Part shown: positions 22,250 through 33,608 of the stretch, in pieces
Numbering within the stretch: position 1 is the stretch's first letter
How the letters are laid out: each line of letters starts with the position of its first letter
IMG/VR virus record: IMGVR_UViG_3300021387_000147
DNA length: 64,000 bases
Direction: 5' to 3' (one strand)
Origin: a virus
Lineage: Duplodnaviria > Caudoviricetes
Position numbers and translations under genes: made by a program
Notes under the pieces: generated by a model
What the model saw: the letters and a program-made list of their open reading frames with translations, nothing else
What the model was told of the DNA's origin: nothing
Databases searched by the model: none

Positions 22250-22654
22250 TTACTCATCTTTCAAATCCCTAACGTAATCAATATCTACAAAAACTATAGC
22301 ATTACTTAAATCATATTGAATACCAATATCAAATAAACGTATTACATATTCTCTTTTTTCACTATTAACAAAATTTATAATTGCTTTTGTTGCTTCTTTA
22401 GCAATCTTCTTTCCTAACATTAATACTGGCAAATATCTATCATCCATATCCATAAGAACTGTAATATGATGTGTTGCAACATTATCAACATCTTTAATAA
22501 ATGTTACACCAGTCTCTTTACAAACAGTTGCTGCTACTGCCAAAGATAATGGATTTTGTAAACAATTAGAATTTGCAGACTTAGAAACTTCATAAATAAA
22601 TCTTTGTTTTTCTTCATCTTTCATTTGAGCAAGTGTTTCTTTTACTTCATCCAT
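22250..22654 (-). CDS. hypothetical protein
   Basis: GGAG RBS, coupled ORF. Confidence 0.65.
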   Translation of the reverse strand: MDEVKETLAQMKDEEKQRFIYEVSKSANSNCLQNPLSLAVAATVCKETGVTFIKDVDNVATHHITVLMDMDDRYLPVLMLGKKIAKEATKAIINFVNSEKREYVIRLFDIGIQYDLSNAIVFVDIDYVRDLKDE

Positions 22655-23043
22655 TCAGTGACTGCTCCTAAATAAACATCTCTCTTTTCTTCACGATAAT
22701 TATTCAACCAATCTGCAACTAAATGACGATGACAAAAATCACCAGGCTTCTCATAACACAATAAAATAATCTTATCTGAACTTACTCCAGTAAATCCTTC
22801 TAATTCTTTTATTACTTGTGCAGGGTCTAATTTATCTAAAACCATTTCATAGAAATTCTTTGTATAATAATCATTATCACCTTTATGTGAACCATTCTTC
22901 CATTCAGAGAAAAATGACCACTTTGGTGCCAACTTCTTATACTCTGCTCCATGGTACCAATCAGGACACTTTCCTGCAATTGATACTGGATATAAACCAT
23001 CTGCCAAATATTTCTTTAATTGTGAATAATAACCTGTATACAT
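22642..23043 (-). CDS. DUF488-family protein
   Basis: YT.YY, LAP.W, LLCYEKPGDFCHRHLVADWL. Confidence 0.8.
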   Translation of the reverse strand: MYTGYYSQLKKYLADGLYPVSIAGKCPDWYHGAEYKKLAPKWSFFSEWKNGSHKGDNDYYTKNFYEMVLDKLDPAQVIKELEGFTGVSSDKIILLCYEKPGDFCHRHLVADWLNNYREEKRDVYLGAVTEWMK

Positions 23044-23386
23044 TTTGTTATCCTAATAATGAAAATAGAAATGCGTATGTGCCTATCCATAAACAGGCAT
23101 AAATAAATATACCAATTCTCCTACACAATGGGCGGTTTTCCCAGTCAAATAAATCTGAAAATTTCATTATTTTTCCTCTTTTTTTGGATCTTTTGTAAAA
23201 ACTTGGGACACGTATGGACAAAAGATGACTCCACTATTTCCATTCTTTTTCTTAATTTGTTCTGCCAAAAATTCATATAATGGGTCACCAGGTTCACACC
23301 ATTTTGGAATCTCATTTGCTATCAATTCTTCATCTGGAATTTTATAACTTCCTTTAAATGGAAGTAAAATACCATCTAAATCCTGA

Positions 23387-23791
23387 CTATAAAGATCTCT
23401 GTAAATCTTCACATCTTTTTTGCCTTTCTTTGATGAACTCATCTAATGCCTCACTACTCTTATGCATTGCTTCGTCTTTCTTTATATGATAATTATCATA
23501 TTCTTCTGCTGCACCTTTTCTATCCAAATTATACCATTTTATCATAGCTTCCAATGGAACTATTTCATCTCTCCAATCATTATCATCTGATTCAAACCAA
23601 CCATGAAATAATTTTTCTTTATCATTATATGAAAAATGTTCAAAATTCCATTCATTTCCCATAATTTCACCACGATTACTATGGTCAGGTCTTAATTTAC
23701 AACACCATTCAAAGCATTGCTCAACCATATCATCTAAATCAGAAATCCATTGTTTTATTTCATTATAATTTTCAAAAAAGTTAAAACTCAT
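23387..23791 (-). CDS. hypothetical protein
   Basis: Coupled ORF. Confidence 0.65.
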   Translation of the reverse strand: MSFNFFENYNEIKQWISDLDDMVEQCFEWCCKLRPDHSNRGEIMGNEWNFEHFSYNDKEKLFHGWFESDDNDWRDEIVPLEAMIKWYNLDRKGAAEEYDNYHIKKDEAMHKSSEALDEFIKERQKRCEDLQRSL

Positions 23792-26700
23792 CTTTCATTA
23801 TTCCTTCCCAACACGATTGTCTATAATCTAAAATCTTTCTAAGTTTAGATAATTGCTCTGGACTATTTCCATAATAGATATAACCTTCATATACAATCCA
23901 AAAATTCATTGTTCCATCTGGACCACCAAATCCAAATGCTCCTTTAAAGTCAGCATATAAAGATTGCCATTTCTTATATTCATGCACAGTAATTTTATCA
24001 GGTGGTCCAAAAGGATTGAAGAAACCAACTGTCATTTCACTCATTCAATAACCTCTTTTACTGTTGGTCTTTTAGAAACAAGCTGAGTAATTTGTATTCT
24101 CTGTGCTTTATCTGGTAAGTAATAACAAAATCCTTGATATTCAACAATAGCATCTATACCAAACATCATGATACTTCTCATAGTGTCCCAAAATTCATTT
24201 TTATCATGTTTAGGGTCACCTTCATAGTAAACAACTATATTAGGATTCTTTCCTCTACCCCATGTTATTGTTCCAATATAATCACCTATCACTTTGCATT
24301 CCTTTGTAATTAAATTCACATAGAAAATCCATCCAATCTGGATTATATTTCAAATTATACAAATGACTATGATAAGAAGCAACTAAAATAGATTTTCTAT
24401 ATTGATTATTATCAAACATTTTTAAAAAATCTAAATTACTTCTATACTTACGTAATGCAGTAAAGATTTCTTCTTTATCAAAATAATCATCTTTATAAGA
24501 TGCTGCATACATATTAGAACGTGATTTGGTAATATCAGTAAATACAACTGCTATACTATCTGGGCGATGGTCTGCACCAATATCTAAAAATTCATCTAAT
24601 GAAGTTCTCATAAATCTGGACATCCTTGATAATTTAAAGCATGTATAAATTCTTGCCAATCAGAATCAAATTTTACATTATAAAGTTTATCATGATAAAG
24701 TATTAAAAATATAGAATCTTCATATAATTCAAAATTGAAAGTTTTTAAAAAACCTAAATTTCTATGATAACGCAGCGCACAATTAAAAATTGCTTCTTTA
24801 GTCTTATAATTATCTTCATAATTAGCCATACTTATATCATTTAAAGATGTTATATCAGTATACAACATAATTGCTTCATCTGGTCTTTGATCTGATATAG
24901 GATGTGAAAATACTTCCATAGTACTCATACTTTTAATTCCTTAATTAAGCGCTGTTTAACTTGTCTTAATCTATTAATGTCAGTGCAATCCCAAATATAA
25001 CCATCATATTCAACAAAGAAAATTTCATCGCCAACTGTAGGATAGTAATCAAATTCATGTTCAACATTAGAAATCTTAGTCCATAACGAATATGGGCTTA
25101 AACACTCATGAAATTTAATTTCATCATCATAATCAGGTACTTTGTAAATTACTGCGTATTTCTTCATGGTTCCATTCCATTTGCAATCATTGCTCTAATC
25201 AATTCCATTGCATTTTCACCATTAGGTTCTGTTAAATTGTAAATATATCCATCAAATTCAATTAACAAATATTGCAAATTATAGACATAAGATTGGATTT
25301 TTGTAATCATGTTTATAATTTCTTGTTCAGAAGAAACTTCAGCACACATAGGTCTTTCATTTGTTGATTTTGGAATTGGTCCTGACCAAACTAATGTTGC
25401 TTTCATTTTGTTTGCATCCTTTCTTCTTGTATTTTCTTTCTATATGAATACAATTCTTCATATAATATAGCATTATCTTTTCTTGCTTTTGTTGTTCCAA
25501 AATCTGTAGCATTATAAATTGTTCCATTAAATTCAACAATAATATAATTAGGGTTATACAACATATTTTGCAAATGAGTTAAATTATCAATTATATCATC
25601 AATATCATTATATTCTTTATAACGAGGCGGAAGATTTGAATATGTTCCCGCCTTATTATTATATGCATCCCATACAATTGTCCCTAACATATATAAAGCT
25701 CTCTTAGTTCCTTTAATAACCATTCATTTGCTGCTTCTAATTTTTCATGATTTAAGAAATCATTAAATTTATCCATATTATCTTCATCTGTCACATTAAA
25801 TACATATCCATGATATTCAACTAAAATATAATCAGGTTCAACAAATGGACGATGCTGTAATCTTTTAATTTCATTCAACATTGTTTCTAAATTTTCATAT
25901 TCTTTATACATAGCATGTGTACATTTATCTTCTTCATTACAAATTATTACACAGTTATGAAAATGCCAAGTTATAGTTCCTATCATATTTTCCTTTATCT
26001 GAGCCAATCATCAATTTTTCTTAATAATTCTTTTGATTCTTCTGAATTAAAATTTGTTGCATCATAAATCATTCCATCAAATTCAACAAGAATATAATCA
26101 GGTCTATATAAAAAATATTGTAAATCTATTATCTTATAACGTAAATTTTGAATATTATTAAATTCGCAAACATTTGGATAAGGAGACTGTATACATCTAG
26201 GTTGATCCTCATGTGCTGTATTTGTATAAATTATTGTTGCTGTCATAAAATACTTTCCTTCATGTAATGTATATCAATCCAATCATCAATAATTTGTATT
26301 ACTTTTGGATCTGTGCCATTATAAATCTTACCATCAAATTCAACCAAAAGATAATCAGGTGAATATAACAAATATTGAAAGCTTTTCAATTTATTTCGTA
26401 ATTTCTCCATATCAGTGAATTCCATAACTCGCGGTTTTTCTATTTTAAAATTTTGCAAATTACGATTATGCACAACATTAAAAACTTGTTGTATAGATTC
26501 ATTTGAAAAAACTATTGTTCCTATCATTAATAAATCCTTAATTCAAAATCATGTAAAAAATTTCTATAAGCTTTATAATCAGTCAAATTGTAAATATATC
26601 CATCTAATTCAACAAGCAAACTATTTCCATCTAAACTTCCATATAATGTTCTTAAATATTCTGCTACCTTTTGAATAATTGCATAAAATTTTAATGGATC

Positions 26701-26847
26701 ATCAAATTCAATCCAAATATAATTTTCTTTACTAACACCTGATTTTATAACACCTGAACCACCAAATGGATAATAATTCTTTGAAAGAACATCAGATCTT
26801 TGATATATTTCACAAGTATATGCTATTGTTGCATTAAAAGGTTTCAT
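23781..26847 (-). other. tandem array of 11 paralogous ~80-120 aa ORFs
   Basis: Shared N-terminal (G/A)T(I/L)(V/T/I)(W/Y/F)-like strand and hhVE(F/Y).G.IY(N/D).T-like motif; overlapping starts and stops. Confidence 0.8.
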
Positions 26848-26892
26848 ATAAACAATATACAAAAAAAGCAGGGCTTTGTCAACCCTGCTTTA
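26848..26892 (-). promoter_or_regulatory. leaderless sigma70 promoter fused to a terminator hairpin
   Basis: AGCAGGG-TTGACAAAG-CCCTGCT-T6; TTGACA(26877-82)-17-TATATT(26854-59)-6nt-ATG(26847). Confidence 0.85.
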
Positions 26893-27095
26893 AAATATAT
26901 GGAATTAAATTAGTCTATTAACTTTTTACAAACTGCATTTATAACATCTTCATCAATCCATTTAAAGTTTTTTTGAATATAAAGTTTCAAATTTTCTATA
27001 TCTTTATTATCCAAATATTCTTGTATTTCTTTAAGATAGAAAGATTGAATTCGTCCAAAAAGTGCAATTACTTGGTCATTAAAACTCATTATATA

Positions 27096-27449
27096 CTACC
27101 TGTAATTCTTCACAGATTCATTTGTTGGACAAATATTCTTAATGATGAACTGCATTGCAGGATCATAGTCAGTATGTTCATTGTAGAATGCTCTTTCATC
27201 GCCGCCTGCTTCAACATAAAGCATCGGGTCTTCGTCTTCATCAAATTGTTCTAGGGTTACCTTTGCCACATTATTCATGAACTTGACCGTGATGCTGTTT
27301 TCATAACCTTTAATTTTAAGATCATAACCAGTCTTTGGTGCCTCTACCTTTAGGTATCTGTAAAAGTCATACAGTCCAGAATACATTGATGTGTATTCAA
27401 CAAGATACCCAGCATTCTTCAAGATCTGTTTTGCTTCATTTAAATTCAT
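27096..27449 (-). CDS. MNLNEAKQ-leader protein
   Basis: Start moved to ATG 27449 (AAGG RBS): MNLNEAKQILKNAGYLVE. Confidence 0.75.
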   Translation of the reverse strand: MNLNEAKQILKNAGYLVEYTSMYSGLYDFYRYLKVEAPKTGYDLKIKGYENSITVKFMNNVAKVTLEQFDEDEDPMLYVEAGGDERAFYNEHTDYDPAMQFIIKNICPTNESVKNYR

Positions 27450-27457
27450 GTTATACC

Positions 27458-27943
27458 TTATGCTTCGTAATCTTCCATTGTTGAGTAAATCCAATTATAG
27501 ACTTCTTCAATATTTTTATCTACTCTAGTCAATTTGAATTTTTTAGCTTCAATTACTCCATTATCTTCTAAAGATACTTGAATAAAACCAGCTTCATCAA
27601 AATACTTTACAACAAACATTAAACTATTAAAGAAATACTCTACTGGCTGGCATGCTCTTTTTAAATCATAATCATAAGCATGACGTTTCCAATTCATTAA
27701 GTATTCATCAAACTTTTCTTCCAAACCAGTAAAGAAACTTTTAATGTTATAATTCTGTGCATTTAGAACTTTCTTTTCTACTGAATTGTCATAAACACGA
27801 TCGATTGTATCATACATTTTCTTTTTAGCTTTCTTAGTATTTTGTCTTGACAAATCATAAAGCTCATCATCTAATGTTTCAGTATCTTCTGCAATGATAT
27901 AACCATGTTCAATCAATTCTTGTTTAGCTTCATTTAAATCCAT
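27458..27943 (-). CDS. MDLNEAKQ-leader protein
   Basis: AGGAG RBS; MDLNEAKQELIEHGYIIAEDTET. Confidence 0.75.
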   Translation of the reverse strand: MDLNEAKQELIEHGYIIAEDTETLDDELYDLSRQNTKKAKKKMYDTIDRVYDNSVEKKVLNAQNYNIKSFFTGLEEKFDEYLMNWKRHAYDYDLKRACQPVEYFFNSLMFVVKYFDEAGFIQVSLEDNGVIEAKKFKLTRVDKNIEEVYNWIYSTMEDYEA

Positions 27944-27959
27944 ATTTTTCTCCTTTCTT

Positions 27960-27999
27960 TATTTATATAAAAGAAAAGACGCTTAAGTCTTAAGCGTCT
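27960..27999 (-). promoter_or_regulatory. terminator hairpin followed by TATAAATA late-type promoter
   Basis: AGACGCTTAA-N3-TTAAGCGTCT+TTT (27977-27999); TATAAATA at 27960-27967. Confidence 0.7.
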
Positions 28000-28655
28000 A
28001 TAATATGTGGTCTTTTAAATGAATTTGCACCTTCGTTTGCTCTTTCATATATCACTGTAAATGGCTTTGGAATATCTAAATTATTAGATAATATCAATTG
28101 ACTTAAATGTTTTGATCCTTGACTCCATAAAACTGGAAACATACATTGCATAAAATCTTCAATGTTTGCATCAGACATCATACTACAATTATCTAATATA
28201 GTCAAATTTGTAGAATATCCTCTGCATTCATTAGTATTCGATGCTGTACAAATCCTATTTCCTGATTCTAATGTTCTACCCCAAGCTACTTTTTCTTTAT
28301 AATCTTCTTTTAGATATGTTGGTAAATTATCTTTGATAGTATCAATCAGTTTTAAGAATTCTTTACCTGACTTATTTGTCTGTGTATAATATAAAGTATT
28401 AAAACCATACTTAAATATAGAATTCCATAATGCATATAATGCATAAACAGTCGTTATTCCACATTTTGGTCTAGCGCTAACTAAATGATTTCTTGTATCA
28501 CAATTTACTTTTAAATTTTTATGGAATGCTTCAAGTAGTTCTTTTTGCCAATCATATAATTCCATATTATTACACATGCAAGCAATCTCTGCAAATAAAA
28601 CAGGATCATCTTCACATGCTAATACAATTTTTGCTTCTTCTATTTTCTTAATCAT
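27990..28655 (-). CDS. degenerate terminase large subunit (gp17-like) ATPase domain
   Basis: C..DPV.F, LYDWQ, RGYS.NL.ILD; Walker A reads PKCGITT; no nuclease domain. Confidence 0.65.
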   Translation of the reverse strand: MIKKIEEAKIVLACEDDPVLFAEIACMCNNMELYDWQKELLEAFHKNLKVNCDTRNHLVSARPKCGITTVYALYALWNSIFKYGFNTLYYTQTNKSGKEFLKLIDTIKDNLPTYLKEDYKEKVAWGRTLESGNRICTASNTNECRGYSTNLTILDNCSMMSDANIEDFMQCMFPVLWSQGSKHLSQLILSNNLDIPKPFTVIYERANEGANSFKRPHIIDA

Positions 28656-28923
28656 GAATTATGCACACTCTTAATATATTCTAAACAAAGTTCTTCATTC
28701 TTCTCAGTAAAAATCGACATAACCTTACTGAACCATGGATCAAATGCGCCAGAATTAACCCTGGCATAATTATATAGTAAGTCTGATATTCTCCTACCAT
28801 AAATGTCCCAAATGACCTCAGGAGCGCTTGTGCGCGATTCTAAATTAACAATTTTAAAGTCATTCAATAGTTTAGCATCTTGAGTATTTGCAATCATTGT
28901 ATTTACTACTATATTAAAATTTC

Positions 28924-29292
28924 TCATCGCTGCATATCCTCCTCATCGTAAGCTTCATCATAAACATCCAAAATCCAATCATCTTCTGCTTTGATTTCTG
29001 CTTCTCCATTTGGGTTATCATTCATATCACTTCTATCTATATCATGATACATATCACGTAATGTTTTCTTACGTTGAATACGCTTTGTCTTTTTCAATCC
29101 ATTTTCATCAGCTGTCCATGATTTAGTCAAACGAATTGCCTTATGCCATTCTTCATCTGTGAAACCATATTTCTTATAAAGAGTTGCACTGAATTCTTGC
29201 CAATCAGACATAGAAATAGGATGTTTCTTATCCCACTCTCTAATGAAACGAATTAGCTTCTTTTCAAATCTGTCTTTTTGTGTATTTTTCAT
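28924..29292 (-). CDS. hypothetical protein
   Basis: Coupled ORF. Confidence 0.65.
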   Translation of the reverse strand: MKNTQKDRFEKKLIRFIREWDKKHPISMSDWQEFSATLYKKYGFTDEEWHKAIRLTKSWTADENGLKKTKRIQRKKTLRDMYHDIDRSDMNDNPNGEAEIKAEDDWILDVYDEAYDEEDMQR

Positions 29293-30173
29293 ACCATATT
29301 ATTCACTTTCTTAACAAATTCACCACATATCTTTTGTCTTTTTTCTTCCTCAGTAATTTCCTTATACTGTGCACTAAATAAATCTTTAGGGTATATATTT
29401 ACTTCAGGTTCCAAGGTTGTACACTTATATGGATTTGCATAAGAATTATGTCTATTCAATTCTCTAATTTTATTAGCAAACATATTTGCAATATAATCTT
29501 CATATAAGTCTAAATACTTCTTTTCATGATCCTTATATTTAATTCTAACTGCATCCAAATATTGAGCGGCCTTTACAGGATTTAATTTTAACCAAATTTC
29601 AGAACAACCAATATCAATAGTATCACTCATTCTTAAATCTTCCATTTCTTTGAAGAAGTCTAAATCTTTAGTACTATTAAATCTATTGATACATGACCTT
29701 GCAAAATAACAAATACCATCAATGAATTCATTAATTTCATTAATATCATTTGTTTCAATAGTAAGCTTAAACCATTGCTTATCTACTCCAATTCCATATT
29801 CGCCTTTATTCATGATAGTCTTAACAGCATCATAAAATGATGGCCAATGAGAAAGCTTAGGACTATATAAATTTACATTATAATTTGGATGATTTACAAC
29901 TTTCTGAAGTAATTCACCGATAACTTTAGATTCAGTTTTAATCAATGCAGTAATTTCACAAACTTGATACTTTGTATTAACATCCTTTGTTGTAAACCAA
30001 AGACCTACATTATCTTCAGTCAAATTTTTATCTTTTAATCTATTACGAAACTTTGTTAACTCTGCACTGATTTGATCTCTTGCAAGACCAAGTCTATCAT
30101 TCTTTTCTACTTGTTCTTCAGTATCTTCTTTTTTCTTAGTAAAAGGCCACATTAGTCTTCTCCTTGTTTCCAT
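29289..30173 (-). CDS. hypothetical protein
   Basis: Long ORF; likely start MWPF after AGGAG. Confidence 0.7.
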   Translation of the reverse strand: METRRRLMWPFTKKKEDTEEQVEKNDRLGLARDQISAELTKFRNRLKDKNLTEDNVGLWFTTKDVNTKYQVCEITALIKTESKVIGELLQKVVNHPNYNVNLYSPKLSHWPSFYDAVKTIMNKGEYGIGVDKQWFKLTIETNDINEINEFIDGICYFARSCINRFNSTKDLDFFKEMEDLRMSDTIDIGCSEIWLKLNPVKAAQYLDAVRIKYKDHEKKYLDLYEDYIANMFANKIRELNRHNSYANPYKCTTLEPEVNIYPKDLFSAQYKEITEEEKRQKICGEFVKKVNNMV

Positions 30174-30329
30174 TCATTTCTTATTTCAGTGAAAACATCA
30201 TCATTTTCATTCTTATGGTCATGCTCAAATGGAATTCCTGCACCAAGTTTAATCTTATCTTTGTATTTGTCTGCACAATGTTTCATAAAATCTTTATAGA
30301 ATTCTTTTTCTTCTTGAGTCATTGGACCA

Positions 30330-30980
30330 TCATCCCTTGTTTTTGCCATATCTAATCTCCTGCATTTTTCTGATAAATCCACCTGGATCCTTTAACTCAT
30401 CCAATTCATCTCTCCATTCCTGAACCTTCTTTTCTGAAGCTTTATCTAACTTCAATCCAAAGACTGCCATCAATGCATTTGCACAATCTACAGACTTTAA
30501 CTTTGTTTCTACTGCTTTTATTTTTGCCTGTTCTTCATCATATTGCTTCTGTAGCCTTTCAACCTCTTCTTCCAATTCAGGCAATCTTAATTTATAGATT
30601 TCATTGTAAAGAGCAATACTTGCAAATTCTACTTTTGGGAAGATTTCATCAAATTCCTTTTCAGACAATTTCATGAACCACATTTCAGTTCCACAACCAG
30701 TCACAATTGCAATTGAGTAATTCTTTCCACCAGCACTGATATAATAATGATGTGTATAATCATCATCGTATTCTACTGGTACAACTAACTTACTATTCTT
30801 TCCTGCACTTGAAAATGTAGAATGATTTAACCACTTAAATAATTCAGGATATTTCCATTGTTCGACAATTCCCTTTTTTTCAGTCTCAGCTAATTCACAT
30901 AACTTTTGAAATGCTGATGGAAAAGTCTTAAAATCTTCTAATTCTTTTTTTGCAGTATCTAGAAAAAACTTAATACTCAT
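30330..30980 (-). CDS. hypothetical protein with coiled-coil C-terminus
   Basis: 216 aa ORF. Confidence 0.7.
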   Translation of the reverse strand: MSIKFFLDTAKKELEDFKTFPSAFQKLCELAETEKKGIVEQWKYPELFKWLNHSTFSSAGKNSKLVVPVEYDDDYTHHYYISAGGKNYSIAIVTGCGTEMWFMKLSEKEFDEIFPKVEFASIALYNEIYKLRLPELEEEVERLQKQYDEEQAKIKAVETKLKSVDCANALMAVFGLKLDKASEKKVQEWRDELDELKDPGGFIRKMQEIRYGKNKG

Positions 30981-31042
30981 TGAAACCCCACTTCTTTATT
31001 ATCTTCATAAATGGACGTTCTAAATCTCGAGCATCACCTCTT

Positions 31043-31252
31043 TTAATGATTTCCTTCTTTAAATTCCTTGAGCTCTTTTGCATGCCAAAAAAAGAACATC
31101 AGCATTAGGATCGCTAAAAATCCAAATACAAATCCTCCTCCTGTTGCCAAACAAAGAACATCAAAGATAAAGAATAATACATCCCATACAATCCAAAATT
31201 TGCAACCAAACAATGTTCTTGATGTGACAATATCTATAAGCTTTTCCTTCAT
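31043..31252 (-). CDS. small membrane protein
   Basis: Two TM segments. Confidence 0.65.
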   Translation of the reverse strand: MKEKLIDIVTSRTLFGCKFWIVWDVLFFIFDVLCLATGGGFVFGFLAILMLMFFFWHAKELKEFKEGNH

Positions 31253-31852
31253 TATTTTACCACCTTTTTATAAAAATCATTTTCTTCAGTCATTAGCTCT
31301 ATTTCATGAGCTTTCCATTCTGTTCCATCTTGTTTCTTCTTAACTTCACAGAACTTATCAGCCAATTCCTTTGTAGAAGCATAATAAGTTTTAACTGGCA
31401 TTCCTGGAGTTCTAATTCCAGTGTATAATGTTATTTGATAAATCTTTTTCATTTCTTAGGCTTCCTTACTTTATGTGTAATACCACAACAAACTACTTCT
31501 TCCTCAACATAATCTTCTTCTGCCTGCTTTGGATGAATAGGAACTGAATGAGGGAAGATCTGTGAATTTGCAGTTGGTCCACAACTACTTACATAATCAC
31601 TCAAACGAGTTGGCTTATAAACATAAGGTTTATTCCAAGGATATTCATCTGGAGGTGTTCCTGTTCCATACATCATAATTGTGTGGTCTTTCAATTGAGG
31701 CCATGTTTTATCATTGTCTGTTTGAATTGTTAAGTCAGGATATTCTTCTTCAAAGGCCTCTTTTAGAGACTTTAAACCAAACCAACCACGAGCAACCATA
31801 TCTTCAAATTCATCTATGGTGCATTCAATTTCTACTTGTTTCCATTTAATTT

Positions 31853-32783
31853 TCATATATTACCACTATATTTCTTTTTTAATTCATTATAAGTATAACC
31901 ATAATAGCACAATTTATCAAGATACTTTTCACAACGTGTTAAATTTTGATGGAATTCATCTTTTAAAACATCATCTTTTGCTTGACAATACCAATTTAAC
32001 CATCGGCTTCTATTCTGACAAGCTCTTTTAAATTTCTTTGACTTAATCATGTTCTCATCTAAGAATCTATCCATGAATGTTTTATCTGCATTAAGCTGAG
32101 CTTCTAGATAGACCATCATCTTTACAAACTCCATAATTTCTTAACTCCGTATTGAACCATTAAATCTTTTAAATGATGACCATTAAATTGAATTCCATCC
32201 ATAGCACGATTAATACGTCTTAGCTCAGCACTTTCTATATCAGTCAATTTAGTTATATCTCCTGGAACATATCCAATTTTTATATCTTCAACTTTATATC
32301 CATGATTCTTTAATAAATAATTACGTTTTGCTTTTAATGAACGCCATTCTTTTAATTTATCATAATTTGGAACCATAAAACGAATATAAAATGGACGCTT
32401 ATGACCTATCTGATTTTCAAATGTATCAAACATCTCTTGAATATCCATAACTAACTCCAAAAACCATTTTGACTATCATAAGACTCATATAAAATTCTTG
32501 CTACATGTGCGGATATGTTATGATATTGAACTCCTTCAATTTTAGCTTCAACAGATTTCTTTGTTATAATTAGTTTATCAATTTCATCTGTATACAAATG
32601 TGGAGCTTTCTTCAATCTATCAATTTTCTTATTTAAATATCTTAAAAAGTCAAATAGCAATCTAACTTTATGATGCAATTTGTATTCCCAAGCCTCATAG
32701 AAAAAACGAGACATAAGACCATTCTTTGTCCTTAGACATTCAAATTCAAAATCATATATCATATCATCAATACTTCTATCCAT
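31853..32783 (-). other. three coupled hypothetical ORFs (32451, 32122, 31853)
   Basis: Overlapping starts and stops downstream of the promoter at 32790. Confidence 0.6.
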
Positions 32784-32824
32784 ATCGATAATATAATAAA
32801 AATAAAAGGTCCTGTCAACCTTTT
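32784..32824 (-). promoter_or_regulatory. leaderless sigma70 promoter with hairpin over the -35
   Basis: AAAAGGT-TGACAGG-ACCTTTT; TTGACA(32813-18)-17-TATATT(32790-95)-6nt-ATG. Confidence 0.8.
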
Positions 32825-33416
32825 ATTTCTTATTTTTAAACATAGAGTCTAATTTTTCTCTTAATTGTTCTTCAGTTCCAGAATTATCAATTATTTTGTG
32901 TTCCCATTGAATTTTTTCGGATTGTAATCGCAATCTTGCATTTACTTGTTCCAAATTAAATCCTTTGGCTTCCAATCTTTTTAGTCTAGACGTGTCATCT
33001 GTTTTAACCAAATAAATGTCGAATGAGAAACTTGCATGTCGACCTCGTAAATCATTTTCAAATATCTTTATTAAGAATTTACTAAATCGTCTATCCTCAA
33101 AAGCAGGCATCTCAATAAAAAATGCATCTTTCCGCTGTTTCATTAGATAACTTATTCGTAATGCCAAATAGTCATCCAACTTCGCTTCAAATTCTTTTCT
33201 TACTGCATCATACTTTGGATCAAAATATGCTTTTCTCAATTCATCAAAATCATTTATACCATATAACTTCGTCAATGTTCCCCACAATTCATTACAAATT
33301 GCATTCTTGGATATTTTATCCAAGTTCCATACTTCATATCCTTTTTCTCTAAGGATTTTTGAAACAGTAGACTTTCCTGAGCCCATCAATCCAGTTATAA
33401 CATTTAATCTTTTCAT
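32823..33416 (-). CDS. dephospho-CoA kinase-like P-loop kinase
   Basis: ITGLMGSGKSTVS, R..RL..K, RL..Q, IIDNSGT. Confidence 0.75.
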   Translation of the reverse strand: MKRLNVITGLMGSGKSTVSKILREKGYEVWNLDKISKNAICNELWGTLTKLYGINDFDELRKAYFDPKYDAVRKEFEAKLDDYLALRISYLMKQRKDAFFIEMPAFEDRRFSKFLIKIFENDLRGRHASFSFDIYLVKTDDTSRLKRLEAKGFNLEQVNARLRLQSEKIQWEHKIIDNSGTEEQLREKLDSMFKNKK

Positions 33417-33560
33417 TTCAATTTTATTTTGTCACAGTCATGTGCTGTCTTTTTAATTAAAACTTTTTCACGTGCAACTAAATAGCATATAGCCGAAATT
33501 CCAAATACTGTTGTTATTATCTTTATTATCTTTTTCATAGTTGCATTATTTATTAACCAC

Positions 33561-33590
33561 AAAAACCCAGACTTTTACATCTGGGCTTTT
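33561..33590 (-). terminator. intrinsic terminator after pncB
   Basis: CCCAGA/TCTGGG hairpin plus T-run. Confidence 0.7.
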
Positions 33591-33608
33591 ATTCAATTTT
33601 ATTTTATA

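Noticed and set aside
23167-23442. Major capsid protein fragment (GVIFCPYV)
   Set aside because: Only one short motif resembles the gp23 C-terminus.
27990-28655. Functional terminase large subunit
   Set aside because: Too short and Walker motifs are degenerate.
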